Source of the DNA: Octopus vulgaris
Lineage: Eukaryota
NCBI GenBank assembly: GCA_951406725.2
Contig: OX597815.1
Span: 126,232,001 to 126,296,000, forward strand
Length of the DNA: 64,000 bases
Direction: 5' to 3'
Shown: in pieces, positions 41,157 to 54,674 of the stretch
Position numbering within the stretch: the stretch's first letter is position 1
Layout: each line of letters opens with the position of its first letter
The notes under the pieces: generated by a model
Seen by the model: only the letters and a program-made list of their open reading frames with translations
What the model was told of the DNA's origin: nothing
Databases searched by the model: none
Position numbers and translations under genes: made by a program

Positions 41157-41157
<1 letters not shown>
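39456..41157 (+). mobile_element. Probable non-autonomous Helitron, interrupted by nested insertions
   Basis: A|TCTATTATATAAAA start then TCTGTCTGTGTG and CCGATTGCGCTCACATTTG, typical of Helitron 5' ends; canonical 3' hairpin-CTRR not seen. Confidence 0.5.
40308..40827 (-). mobile_element. 5'-truncated L1/Tx1 LINE with 16-bp target-site duplication
   Basis: TSD CTCATCTCGTAGAGAT at 40292-40307 and 40828-40843; ORF2 C-terminal peptide, 3' UTR, and AATAAA near the 3' end. Confidence 0.85.
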
Positions 41158-41216
<59 letters not shown>

Positions 41217-41224
41217 GGAGGAAT

Positions 41225-41289
41225 AAAAAGCTTGTGGATTTAGCAATCAATCAGTCGCCATGATTGATCGCTAAATCCACAAGTTTTTT
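41225..41289. repeat. 65-nt hairpin (29-bp arms, 2 differences, 7-nt loop)
   Basis: AAAAAGCTTGTGGATTTAGCAATCAATCA-GTCGCCA-TGATTGATCGCTAAATCCACAAGTTTTTT. Confidence 0.85.
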
Positions 41290-42459
41290 TACTCTCTCTG
41301 TTTATTTCCTCATGTTCCTGTAAATGTGTGTGCGTCTGTGTGTGTGTATGTGTATGTGTGTATGTATGTATATATGTATGTATAGTTACAGAAAACGAAG
41401 ACAGGTGAGAGAACAACAAGCAGGTGTATCAGTTTATATACACACACATATATGTTTGTTTGTACACCACCATCACTTCACAACCAGTGTCGGTCTTTTC
41501 ACATTTCAATAATCACTGTTTCGGCAAAAGAATCACTTCCAGCCTTAAATTGTAAGTACTGGAGTTGATTTGTTCAACTAAATCTTCAAGGCGGTGCCCT
41601 AGCATTCCTGCATTGCTATGTCTGAAACAAGTAAAAGATAAAACTTAAAAGAAATCGGCTGCTGTCAGCTCTGGAGAGGGGAAAAACTTGGCTAGATTTC
41701 AAATGTACAAAAACACACCGTATGTTGGTCTCGACGGTATCAGTACGACATCATCAGGTTGTTTAGGGCCTGAGATGAGGCAAGGCATGCTATATGCAAA
41801 AATACATTATACAGTATGAGTTGGGGGATATTTGGCTGCTATTTCTTACAGATCAAACAATTATCTAGAGGTTTCTTCGTTACGGTTGAGTCAGAATATC
41901 CTGGAAATTAAAAGTCCTATATTATTTTGTTTCCAATAAAAATTCATAGTTGATTTTATGAAGACTTAGAACAGTTAGGTTTATTCTGCAATCCTATAGG
42001 ATTTAAGTTCATCCATAATATATAACATATCAAACGATATGGTAAAGATAATTGCGAAGTTGATAGTGATATCGATGGTGAGGACGATAATGGTGAGGGT
42101 GATGGTGGTGTTAGTGACGATGACAAGAACGACGACGACAATGAAGGTAATATGATGATAATGGTATTGTTAGTGGTGTGATGGTGGTGGTGGTAGCGAC
42201 AACGACACCGACGACCGCAAGAAGTAGAGTTGTATAGGGCAAATTGAGATACGTAGCAATGACAATAACAAGCATATTGATGACAGCAGCAACGATGATG
42301 ATGATCAGAAGGAGGAGGAGGAGGATAAAGATGATGGTGACGACGATGATCATGATCGTGGTTATGATAATGGTGACGATGTCAAGGGAGATGGGGATGA
42401 TGATGGAGATGATGACGATGTGAATGCTTCAAAAGAAAATGATTAAATAAATGATTGAA

Positions 42460-42506
<47 letters not shown>

Positions 42507-43294
42507 AATGTATGATCTGTCACTACCCCCAGTAGCTCTTTTATAACTCCATGTACTGTATTTCAATTCAATCTTTTGCACGTATTAACATGTAGAAAAT
42601 ACAGATTAGACACAATAAGCTTAATCTTTTCCTTAGAAATTATAACGTTTACTACTGACGCAGACCTGTATCCTTTTCTATTTAAATTGCTTTTTCTATT
42701 TTGTCCTATAATTAACCATTTTTCTAATTATCTAATTACAATTTTCTACTGTTTGTTACTGAGACGTTATATTCGTTATTCTTTTTCCCCATGCGATCAT
42801 AATTTGTTGTTGTTATTGCTGCTGCTGCTGCTGCTGCTGTTGTTGTTGTTGCTGTTCTTCGTGACGTGGTTTCAGATTTTGTTATGTTGTTGTTCTGGAC
42901 GCTTTCTAACGATTAACAACGAGAGATCATATAACAGGTTAACGTGGACTCGATGCTGAATCTGTCTTCGAGTTTGAGTGCAAGAATGGCTGTGTGGTGT
43001 GTGGTTAAGAAGTTAGCATCCCAACCACAAGGTCTCCGGTTAACATGGCACTCAACTATGAATCCTCATCGCCTTATAACTGAAACAGCTGTACGCTAAT
43101 GAAATTCATAAGATAATCGTTTTATCGTTTATTCTTCTGTCATCTCATTCTTCTTATTACCCTTCTATACTCGTTTAACAATTTGTTCTGAAACATCCGT
43201 ACATTGAAGTCTGCACTAGGTTATTAGTCTCGCGATACCTAAGAGAATTATATAAATATATATGCATATATACACATACATATATACAAACATA

Positions 43295-43443
43295 CTGAGT
43301 GGTAAGAAACTTGCTTCCAAGGCATATGGTTCCATGTTCAGTCCTATTGCGTAGCACCTTGAGCAAGTGTCGTCTACTATAGCCTAGTTCCGACCAAAGC
43401 CTTGTGATTGGATTTGGTAAACGGAAATTAAAAGAAGCCCGTC

Positions 43444-43518
<75 letters not shown>

Positions 43519-43741
43519 TGTATGTATGTATGTATGTATTTCTATGTCTGTGTTTGTCTCCCCTCCATCGCTTGACAACCGATTTTGGTGTGTTTACCTC
43601 CCCGTAACTTAGCGGTTCGGCAAAATAGACCAATAAAATAAGTACCAGGCTTACAAAGCATAAGTCCTGAAATCGATTTGTTGATTAAAGGCGGTGCTGC
43701 AGCATGGCTGCAGTCAGTTGAGTGAAACAAGTAAAAGAATA

Positions 43742-43745
<4 letters not shown>
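43295..43745 (+). mobile_element. SINE family A
   Basis: Homology to 1-390. Confidence 0.85.
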
Positions 43746-43822
<77 letters not shown>

Positions 43823-43833
43823 TATATAGAAGG

Positions 43834-43884
43834 AGCTTCTACAGGACTAGAACTGTTTCATTCAAGAGAAATCTTCAGGAAGCT
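43834..43884 (-). ncRNA. Type I hammerhead ribozyme (left-arm copy)
   Basis: Exact reverse complement of 44477-44527. Confidence 0.7.
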
Positions 43885-44290
43885 AGTTAACAAGAATTGT
43901 ATTGGCATTTATACATTTAGGCAGGTTTAAAGGGGTGTTGGTGGGGGACTTTTTGGGGGTAGGCATAGCGCAAAATATCATACTTGGGGGAGTGGTCAAG
44001 GAGTCAGTGTTAAATTAGATAGAAGAATAAATAAAAAATAAAAAAAATAAAAATATATATATATATAAAAAAAGGGGGAATAGAGTTTTAGGTAAATAAG
44101 GAGATTCTCACTTATACCTATGCACATATGTATACATATATACACACGCATACAAACATATATACATGTGTGTGTGTATGTGTGTATGTATATGTATATA
44201 TGTTTGTGTGCGTGTGTATATATGTATACATATGTGCATAGGTATAAGTGAGAATCTCCTTATTTACCTAAAACTCTATTCCCCCCTTTT

Positions 44291-44322
<32 letters not shown>

Positions 44323-44476
44323 ATTTTTATTTATTCTTCTATCTAATTTAACACTGACTCCTTGACCACTCCCCCAAGTATGATATTTTGCGCTATGCCT
44401 ACCCCCAAAAAGTCCCCCACCAACACCCCTTTAAACCTGCCTAAATGTATAAATGCCAATACAATTCTTGTTAACT

Positions 44477-44527
44477 AGCTTCCTGAAGATTTCTCTTGAA
44501 TGAAACAGTTCTAGTCCTGTAGAAGCT
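44477..44527 (+). ncRNA. Type I hammerhead ribozyme (right-arm copy)
   Basis: AGCUUC-CUGAAGA-UUUC-UCUU-GAAU-GAA-ACAG-UUCUAGUC-CUGU-A^GAAGCU; stem I 6 bp, stem III 4 bp, GUA triplet, short stem II with U-U at its base. Confidence 0.7.
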
Positions 44528-44610
44528 CCTTCTATATAATAAATTAATTTTACTCTGCTATGTATTGAGTACCTTATTTACTGTGGTTAACCCCGAATCA
44601 ACCCGGGACC

Positions 44611-44705
<95 letters not shown>

Positions 44706-45003
44706 CTAAATAGGGAGTCCAGCACCCCATCCACCACAAAGTAATATTTCTGGACTGGTTTCTGGGTTCTTTACCAACACAGAGTAGCCGCTTGGCTAGG
44801 TGGCGTTGCTGAATTCCCGTTCGAAATATATAGTTTTCAAAGCTGACACACAATACTGATCTAATAAATAAAAACATTATTATTTGTAAATCTCTCAAAG
44901 AGAAACATTCAGTAACAGTTTTTTAAAGTAAACACTATTTGCCAACATAATGTGGTTGTCCTGGAAGGGACGAGTGTTACTGTCGTTTAGCCCCAGGCAT
45001 ATA

Positions 45004-45884
45004 CAAAGTGTTTCAAAAAATTTGATATCATTTGAGATGTAGATATCAAAGAAACTACATTGTCAAAGCAAATGAAACTAAATAAACTTAATGTTGAGCA
45101 AGATAAGGTTTATTCCTCCGAATTTGAATGAGAAATTCAAAGATATGTGGATTCCATGAACCATTTCACAAATGTTCAATTTGCGCACCGCCTGAGACAC
45201 AGCACACGTCAATTCGGTAGGCCAGCTCCTCCCAAACACGCTGCAGCGTGTCTTAGGTAACAGTCTCCAGTGCGGTAGTGATTCTCTGCTCGAGTTCCTC
45301 TAGGTTTGCAGGAAGAGCAGAGACATAGAGCAGGCCCTTCACATAGCCCCATGTTTGCGTTTTCGCTTGTCATCTGCCCTTATGGCCTGAACGTGCTGCA
45401 GCTTCTAGGTTTTTATTAGCAAGCGTTTCCTCAGGACGCGCCAAACTGTCGTTGGAGGAATCTGGATTTCCGGACTTGTTCTTATAGACTTCTTGGGGCT
45501 TCGCAAGAGTTTTTGGCTAACCCACTTGACTGTCTCTTCCGATGCTAGTGGTCATCCAGATCATTTTTCCCTGCACAGACAACCTTCCTCTTTGAATTTT
45601 TTATGCCATGTCTAAATCTGCATTGTCGTTGGCGACTTTTTAGAGAAATCTCTCGTGCACGCTGCACAGTCTTGTTCGACTGTGTTCGAACACACTCCTA
45701 AAAACAAAACGCCTTTTCTCTTCCAGTGAATGCCATTTCTATATCTAAAAAGATAAACATATCAAACATTAAACATAAAATTTTGACCTGTTTCTACACA
45801 TGCTGTTAAAATTTGAAGTCGTTTCAACAAGAACTGGTAAAGTTATTAGATTGCGAAATGATATCACATTTTTGAAACACCCTG
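45004..45884 (-). mobile_element. Internally deleted Tc1/mariner-superfamily element (DUF4817-type HTH N-terminus)
   Basis: TA-flanked imperfect TIRs CAAAGTGTTTCAAAAAATTTGATATCATTT / AAATGATATCACATTTTTGAAACACCCTG. Minus peptide MAFTGREKAFC..WHKKFKEEGCLC..TVWRVLRKRL..DDKRKRK is joined directly to WGYVKGLLY..RIDVCCVSGGAQIEHL*. Confidence 0.9.
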
Positions 45885-47316
45885 TATATATATATAGTGC
45901 AAAAAAGCACTGAATACTCATCAGTAATTTACTCTGTATATTACTTGAAGATATTCTTCATTTCTCAAGTTTCCATGTCTGCTGGCAATCCTCAACCGAG
46001 ACCTCTAGTAAGATTGGATGCTACGGAATTAATGAAACAACTTTCTAGTGTCTTCTGGTTAGTTTTTTAAAAAACCTGATTTATCAAACCAGAAACCCGA
46101 TACAGGTCGTCTCGTTACTTGTATCGTTAGTCCGCAGTGTAGCTCTCACTACAAACACCACAGCATACAAATCTTAGGATTGACTCATTTTATGAAACCC
46201 TGTGTAACGTGATGTAAAGTGGCCTGCAATGACATACAGAATATACTCTTCATCAGATATTGGATTCAATTTAATTAGTCCGTAAAACGATTTTCGAAAG
46301 GTGTTCATGAATGGTTTTAATATCCAGTTAGTGTAAATGCACAAAAGCACGTATACGCACGCGCGCACGCATACCCACACACTCACACACAAACTCTCTC
46401 TCACTCACTCAGCCACTCATTCCCTCACTCACTCACTCAAATACACGCCGCCTTCTAAGCGTTAGTGAAATACTGCTCATGTGTGAATAATTTTGTGTGG
46501 GTGTAAGAATGTAATAAAGTTTACGGATAAAAATCTTCTTATATACACATGGGATATATGTTTAATATCAGTCCACCTACGTTTGTATCAAGCTGTATGG
46601 AATAGAACGCCTACCATATTTTAAACGACTAAGCTTATGAGGAGCTGATTACATGGAATAGTGACTATACTAATACATTACAGCATGATATTTTGCCTGA
46701 TAAAAACATTGAAATAAAACCGAGTTCAACACATATTCATTGCATTATATTTGTGCTGAATCTCTTCAGCACAAATATACACGTACAGGCACGGATACAC
46801 ATATATGTATGTACATGAACATCCATACACAAACCCATAAACACTCACGCCTACAAACATATGCATATACACAAACACACACGTTTATAACTCAACTGAT
46901 TTAAAAGGAATCAACGAACATATACATACATGCATACACATACGTATGTACATACATCGATTTTCATAGGTCCATATACATACCTATATATTAGATAGTC
47001 ATCTAGCCACAGAGAAACACAAGGTATACATAAATAGGTTCATACAGACATATGTACTCATACATGCTTCTATGCTATGTTTGTGCGTAAATGCACGAAC
47101 ATACATACATACGGATATACATACATATATAAAAATGTGTAGAAATGTAAAAATATGCAATACTTTTTCTCAAGTCCAAACTGTGGTTTTTTAACCTACA
47201 GTCCAACGATGGAATTTTGTGTCCAGCTTCTTCCTTACAGAAAGACATGAAATAATTAAAAAACAAAAATGAACATACATACATGCATACATACATACAT
47301 ACATACATTACATACG

Positions 47317-47347
<31 letters not shown>

Positions 47348-48009
47348 CATACATACATACATACATACTTATGCATACGCATATACTGCTGGGCTGTGTA
47401 ACATCAGATTACATAAGAGCTAAGAAATACCGGGGTTCGTCAAGAAAGAGCAAAGCAAATTCATTCCCTGTCTCATAATAAAATCAATTGGTACAACAGT
47501 GATATTTATATAAAATTCAAGGGATTCTCCATTCTAGCTGCTTTAACTGAATATATGAGCACAGTTACACGTACATATGGTGCACAGGCATATAACTTGC
47601 TAAAGTTCAAATAAACTTCTGTACTGAAGTGGCATGCAAAATACTCCCGCTTCATATTTGTCTTGACTTAAAACATATTTGCCTCTTTCTTAGTAATCAA
47701 ATTGTGTCCTGCAAAGCAAAAGGGATAAATTAATTCCAAAGAAACATCATGCATACGTTTATGCTTCTATGTGTGTAAGTGTGTATAAATGTATGTGTGT
47801 GTGTGTGTGTGTTTGTGTGTGTGTGCGTGTGCGCGTGTGTGCATGTACATGTATGTAAATATGTGTATACTCCCTCTCTTTTCTCTTTTACTTGTTTCAG
47901 TCATTTAACTGCGGCCATGCTGGAGCACCGCCTTTAGTCGAGCAAATCGACCCCGGGATTTATTCTTTGTAAGACCAGTACTTATTCTATGTATATATAT
48001 ATATGCATT

Positions 48010-49012
48010 ATCAGAAATTTCGCTCTTGTTTGTTCTGGAGAATTCTGTGAGAGCTGGCAGCAGTCTGCCGTCAGAGGTCTCATAGGGTCTCTTTTCGCAC
48101 ATTATAAGCTTTGATATTTGGTTGCTAATTATCGTGGGAGGCATTCAACATCCAAGTTCCAATCTCAAAATCCTAGCTGCCCCAGTAGAGCAGTTTTTTG
48201 GGCTTGCTCTGCTCTCATGTCAATACCGATTTCTGTGACATATTTCTCGAACTGAGTTGTTAGTGCTCCGAGTGCCCCTACAATGACTGGAATGAAAGAC
48301 ACTCTCCTCACAGTCCACATTCTTGAAATTTTGCCTTTTAGTAGTCTGTACTTTTCAATCTTTTCTAGTTCTTTGTCACTTACGTATGCAGATCCAGATG
48401 TTGCAATATCTATGATCTTGGTTTCCCTTTTTCCTTTATCTAGCACAACAATATCTCGACTCGGAGCCTCGATTAAGTAGTCACACTGTATTGTAAAATC
48501 TCACAGTATCCTATATTCTTATGTCCTCTGTGACTCCTTATGGTTCATGTTCGTACCATTTCCGTGTTCTGTTCAAGCTGTACTTTTCGCATAGCCTCCA
48601 GTGGACGAACTTAGCCACATTATCGTACCTCCCTTTGTAGTGCTTTTAGGCCAGCTTGCTACACTCATTTACAATATGTGAGATTGTTTCGTTTCTGCTG
48701 CCACACATCCTACAAAGGGGCGATTCGCTATTCTTATCTATTTGGAACTTGGTGTTCTCAGAGCTTGTTCCTGGGCACGGCATATCAATGCCTCACTGCA
48801 TCCTTTCAGATCACTTTTTCTTAGCCATCTCCATGTATTGATCTTGTCTTTTCCTTTGATTTCTCTGAGGTATTGCCCATGCAGTGGTTTCATTTCCCAG
48901 TTGTTTACTCATTCTTTTTTATCTTCTTTCTTAAATGTTTGTGGGTTATTATTTTCATTAGCACCTTCTTTCGATTCTGTTCCCATTTCTTGCCGAGTGT
49001 CTTCCTGACACC
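48010..49012 (-). mobile_element. R4/Dong-clade LINE 3' fragment (CCHC knuckle + restriction-like endonuclease), disrupted
   Basis: CRMCGSRNETISHIVNECSKL..RYDNVAKFVHWRLCEKY..KWYEHEP; KIIDIATSG..EKIEKY..IPVIVGALG..QKTALLG. Confidence 0.9.
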
Positions 49013-49174
49013 TAGGAGAAACGCGCTGTATACATTGGTAGGCCATTAAAATAAACACACCAGATTGTTCATTTACAAAGCCACGTGATAGAGAAATAGG
49101 GGAAGAAGGACAGAGAATAAAGAAAAAATAAAAATGAAAAAATAAAAAGGGGAAAAAAGGATCAAAAATTCACA

Positions 49175-49650
49175 GCGACAATGCTCTTCTCAGTACGTGT
49201 GACGTACCAGTTAAGGCAATTTTTTACACTTCCTGTATGGATGGTAAGCCATAGATTATTCTTAGATAATTTTCAGTTCCTTTTTTGATCATACCAAGCA
49301 TCTTTTTGATTACGATTAGCAAGTCTTTATATTTTCTGAGCTTACGAAATTCTTTTGCCGAGATATTATGGTCAGAGGGTATGTTCATATCAATCAATAA
49401 ACACACTTTATTGTTTTAATCTTTCACAAGAATATCTGGTTATTTGCTTTGAAGTCCCAAATAACCGTTACATTTTCTCTCTCAGTTACTGCTTCAGGAT
49501 GATGCTTGTGCCATTGGTCAGCAGTTTTGATTTTATAATGCTGACACATTATTCAATGTAGATATTGGCCAACTCTGTCATGTCTGGATTTGTACTCAAC
49601 AGGTGATAACACCTTACACACAGTGATTAGGTGGTCCACTATTTCAAACC
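49175..49650 (-). mobile_element. Second, distinct R4/Dong-clade LINE fragment
   Basis: CLLIDMNIPSDHNISAKEFRKLRKYKDLLI..LGMIKKGTENYL; preceded by (CAA)n/(TAA)n. Confidence 0.85.
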
Positions 49651-49683
49651 CATTGTTTTTCATTACATTGGTTTACTATTATT

Positions 49684-49730
<47 letters not shown>

Positions 49731-50280
49731 AATCATTCATTTAAGTTGACGAGTTGGCTGAATTGTTACCACGTTATAGAAAATGATTAGCGGCTCTCTT
49801 TTGGTTCTACATTCCAAGTTCAAATTCCGCCGAGGTTAATTTTGTCTTCCATCCTTTCGAGATCGATAAAATGATTGATGTAATCTACTACTCCAGCTAT
49901 CCAGAATTTTTCAATCATTGTGTCTAAAATAGAAGAGATTACTATCATTAATCGCCAGAATTTAATGAGTGACTCAAGGGTCGAAGGTTTCGAGTGTTGG
50001 CATTTGAGTGTCAATGCACAAAATTTTCGGCACTTGAGGCCACTCATTAATTTCTGCCGATTATTAATAAAATGGATACATATATGCCCATGTTTTGAGT
50101 TCTATTATCCTGATTATGTTACGAAAGATACACACACACATACACACATATATACTTATATACAATTGTTCGTTTGTTTTCCACCTGCCTTCGTCTTTTG
50201 TTTATTTTCATAAAGCTTCCCGTTATATATATATATATATATATATTTAAAAAAAGGAGATGTCGAACACGAGTGGTGAT

Positions 50281-50491
50281 ATATAAAAAAGGAAATGAAG
50301 AAAATGCTGACAAATAATTGAAGTAATTTAAGTAATTTAATTAGGTGAAAGTTCTTTTTACCGGTTGCGCATTTGTTATGCTTATCAAAATATATGATAA
50401 GCATAACAAATGCGCAACCGGTAAAAAGAACTTTCACCTAATTAAATTACTTAAATTACTTCAATTATTTGTCAGCATTTTCTTCATTTCC

Positions 50492-50500
<9 letters not shown>
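50281..50500. repeat. Palindrome: perfect 97-bp arms, 7-nt spacer
   Basis: 50291-50387 is the exact reverse complement of 50395-50491; abuts (TA)n. Confidence 0.9.
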
Positions 50501-50541
<41 letters not shown>

Positions 50542-50990
50542 ACACATACACCTACACAAGCACCTACACACACATGCACACACATGCACACACACGCACG
50601 CACTCACATACACACACACTCTCATACATACAAACACATGAATATGCATATATTCTTTTAGTTCTATGTATGTATGCATTAGTTAATGCTAATTCACCAA
50701 GGAGCGATAAATTAGAGAGCCATTTCGTAAAGATACAGGATACTTGCAGGCACGGATATACACATATATTCAATACATTCACACACAAACTCACACATGC
50801 AATGCAACAGGGGTCGGTGTGTCTGTAATATGTAAGGAAGTAGCTGGATCTGCAGTGTAGGGTTGAGTGGAGGGTAGGAGAGGCGGTGGGGAGCGTTGTG
50901 GAGAATGTGGACTGAGTGGTCAAACAGAGAAGATAAGGACGGAATTTAATAAGCGAACGGAGATGATGGATGAGAAAGACTGATACAAAG

Positions 50991-51028
<38 letters not shown>

Positions 51029-51087
51029 CATACATATATAAGCATTTATATATATATACACATATATATACACACATATATAGATAC

Positions 51088-51124
<37 letters not shown>

Positions 51125-51135
51125 TATATATGTGC

Positions 51136-51187
<52 letters not shown>

Positions 51188-51214
51188 ACATATATATATT
51201 TGCATGTGTACATA

Positions 51215-51258
<44 letters not shown>

Positions 51259-51989
51259 TAATTGAACATTCGAAACATGCTGTATAGTGTATAAATATGA
51301 ATTTGCTCGGACAGAGATAAGCACATACATGCATACACATATACGCATATACCCGCACACACATACACGCTCACATTGTATACGTACATGTATATGTATA
51401 CACACATACATATATCTATAAACGAATACATGTGCACAGAGGTATGCGTACTCACAGACGCTCACCCACACGTGCACATATAGACACATGCATAAATACA
51501 TATGTAGCATTTATGCATGTTGATTTTATTTGTCATGTTAAGCAGCGAATGCGCATGTGCACAAGTGCCTCCCCCTCCCCATTGTCGCTTTCAAATACTT
51601 TGTACATCATAAATCTGCATATTTACATCATTTTTTTTTACCTATCTTTTGTTATCATAACTATTTCCTATTCTTTTTTCTTTTACTGTTTTCCTAAGTT
51701 ATCTTTCGTAATTTCTTTGCTCATAAGCATTTTCCTATGCACAATTAAAAGCCCGATTATTGTTTTGATTTTCTAAAATGCAAGATTTCATTTACCTCTT
51801 CTCTAAGTTTGTCTGAAGATCGGAAACGTAAAATTTTGAGTCACGAAATATGAACAGTCAGTTTCAATAAATGAAATATAATGCTTTACATTAGAGTACT
51901 AACGCTTTTCCCCGCCTTGTTTACTCTCGTCTATTTGCACATGCACGCAAACATACATCATATATGCGTGCGTATGCATAAATATATGC

Positions 51990-52375
51990 ACAGGCGTGGC
52001 CGTGTGGTAAGTAGCTTGCTTATCAACCACATGGTTCCAGGTTCAGTCCCACTGCGTGACACCTTGGGCAAGTGTATTCTACTGTAGCCTAGGGTCGACC
52101 AAAGCCTTGTGAGTGGATTTGGTTGACGGAAACTGAATGAAGCCTGTCGTATATATATGTGTGTGTGCGTGTGTGTGTGTTTCTGTGTTTATCCTCCCAC
52201 GATCACTTGACAACCGATATTGGTGTGTTTACGTCCCCGTAACATAGCGGTTCGGTAAAAGACACCGATAGGATAAGTACAAGGCTTACGAAGAATAAGT
52301 CCTGGGGTCAATTTGTTCGACTAAAGGCGGTGCTCCAACATGGCTGCAGTCAAATGACTGAAACGAATAAAATAA
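51990..52375 (+). mobile_element. SINE family A, full length
   Basis: GGCGTGGCCGTGTGGTAAGTAGCTTGC head through GGCGGTGCTCCAACATGGCTGCAGTC tail. Confidence 0.9.
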
Positions 52376-52425
52376 TATATGTATGTATATGTGTGTATGC
52401 TTGAAACAAGAAAAGAGGAAAAGAG

Positions 52426-52525
<100 letters not shown>

Positions 52526-52555
52526 CATACACACACACACTCATTTGTATACATA

Positions 52556-52900
52556 TGGAATTCTACGTGTTCTTTGTGCTGTTCCTCAGATACTTTCTGT
52601 TTCAAAGTTGTTTGTACAGTCTGCCAAATGTTCTATTTGCTGTTACTTGTCTGTTATTAACTGTTTTATCGATCTTGGCCTTAATTCGTTCGAAAAGACT
52701 GAACTGGTGGAGAGGTTTAGTTTCCGCTACCTTTGTGCCAAATCTAAGGGACGGTTCTAATCTTCCTGAAGCCTTGAGACTTGTGGAAAACTTTTTCTTC
52801 AAGCTGACTTCTAATTCAAAGCACTCAAATGTTTCTGCAAAGTATTATGTTAAATGTTCCGTGGCTAAAATTGTGTAAGAAGGGCAGTATCGTCGTTAAA
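52556..52900 (-). mobile_element. RTE-clade LINE reverse transcriptase C-terminal fragment, decayed
   Basis: FAETFECFELEVSLKK and AKIDKTVNNRQVTANRTFGRLYKQL resemble RTE RT motifs (GLEVSLKKT; IDKEIDNRLAKANSAFGRL). Confidence 0.65.
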
Positions 52901-54466
52901 CAGTGGCTCCCAGATAGCTGCTGTGTCTTGTATTTTTTTAATTTGGACAGCCTTCCATTGTTTCAGTATTATTTATGCGTAAAGACCTTCAGTTATAAGT
53001 TGAATATGTACGTGCGTGATGGAATGGGTGTATTAGTTCGTTCATATGTGTGCGTGTGTGTGTATGTATAGATACCATACGTTTTCTAGTTTCGGTCTTT
53101 GTGTGACAATTATTTCAAGGGTTTTAATTGATCATATCGACCCTACGTATTTCATAAATTTATATTTCTGGAATGACTATGGTATACTTTTCTGTACCAT
53201 GCTAGTTTTTACACCGATAAACATAAAAAATTCACAAAAATTATGCATATACAACGGGCCTAGTGCACAAATTCCGTCTTGCAAATTCTACTCAATCATT
53301 ATCTATACGTTAAGCTACGAGGGATGTATAATAATATATGTAACTATATTTGCCAAAAAATATTTGAAAATCATATACGTATTTTGGCGAATGTGAGTAT
53401 TATTTCCATTGAAATAGAAATAATTTATAGTGATTAAGTGCTTTTAAATGTAGAGATATAAAAGTTGCATATTTTCCACTTCTTGCAATTTTTAGTTACT
53501 GCAGTCAATTATATGAGAATATATAAATACGAAGAAATTCAAAGAATGCAATACGAATTTCTAAAGTATTATATTACCCGTTGTCATTTTCAATTCACAT
53601 CAATAATTATTTTTTATCAGACAAAATTTGCAACACATATTTGAACAAAAACTACGATGCACAAATGATTCATATGACTAAGGACAACTGTTAGGTTTTA
53701 AACATTACAGATCATGTTTTTTTTAAACCACACGTTTGCCGAAACTAGCATCAAAATTCCGTTTAAGTCTATTTAATGTGTAACTATATGTAGCTATGTT
53801 GATTAAAGCAACTTATAACACAATCTCGATAAGCTGATATAAATTGTAGGGCAAAAATATTTTCGGAGACAACTTTAGCACAATAGATTAAAGTATTTAA
53901 TAAGTGGCAGCCGTTAAGTATCGCTGTCTTCAGGTAGTGCAATCTAATGTATGAGGAACTTGCATTTGGATTGTCTACTCTGTCTTTATATTGAGGCTCG
54001 TAGGAGGGTATTTTACTTCAGAGCCTATAAAATTACAGATATTGAATTTAAATATTTGAAATACTGGTAAGTTGTTTGGATAATAATCTGTGATATGTTT
54101 GTAGACTACACGGACTTTCTCTGCTGCATGATGATACATGGATTTATTGGAATTTTGTAGGGTTCTTGAATTCTAGTTTAAAGACTTTGGAAATACGTAT
54201 TTCTGAAATTTAACGATTTTTACGAAGCTTGAAAAAAAAATTAATCTGCTCCAAAGGGTCCCTGTTCTTTGTTTGTGGGAGATTGTTTCCTTCTTTTGAA
54301 CCCAAACTTGTTATGTTTGTAATTTCTGGATTGCTTTTTATATCGAAATACTGCCTATCTCATTCTTTTAGTAAAACCTTCAGATTGTAATATTTTAAGT
54401 ATTATTTACCAGATGGAAAAGGATTTGGGAGAAAAATTCTATAAAAACTATTCCATAATCAACTGT

Positions 54467-54513
<47 letters not shown>

Positions 54514-54674
54514 CTCTCTCTTTTTGAATATATATATGATTTAATTAAATCAAGGATATAAATCTTCTTAAGGAAATGTCAGCATCCAAGTTCCCCGGTT
54601 TTATCCAGTGTATCAGGAAAAAACCAAAGATGTTAGTATTGGTGGATATGAATATTTTATTGTTTATGTATGAG

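Larger units (their letters stand above)
43817..44612. mobile_element. ~730-bp palindromic Penelope-like mini-element with a unique 3' extension, between two (TA)n tracts
   Basis: Arms 43817-44167 and 44192-44544 are near-identical reverse complements; each contains an HHR. Confidence 0.85.

Noticed and set aside
46235-46260. CUGAUGA-AGAG-UAUA-UUCU on the minus strand
   Set aside because: No GAAA core or stem III follows; not counted as a hammerhead.
53700-54450. Possible decayed Penelope reverse transcriptase
   Set aside because: Only faint resemblance; no convincing motif recoverable by eye. Needs a translated HMM search.
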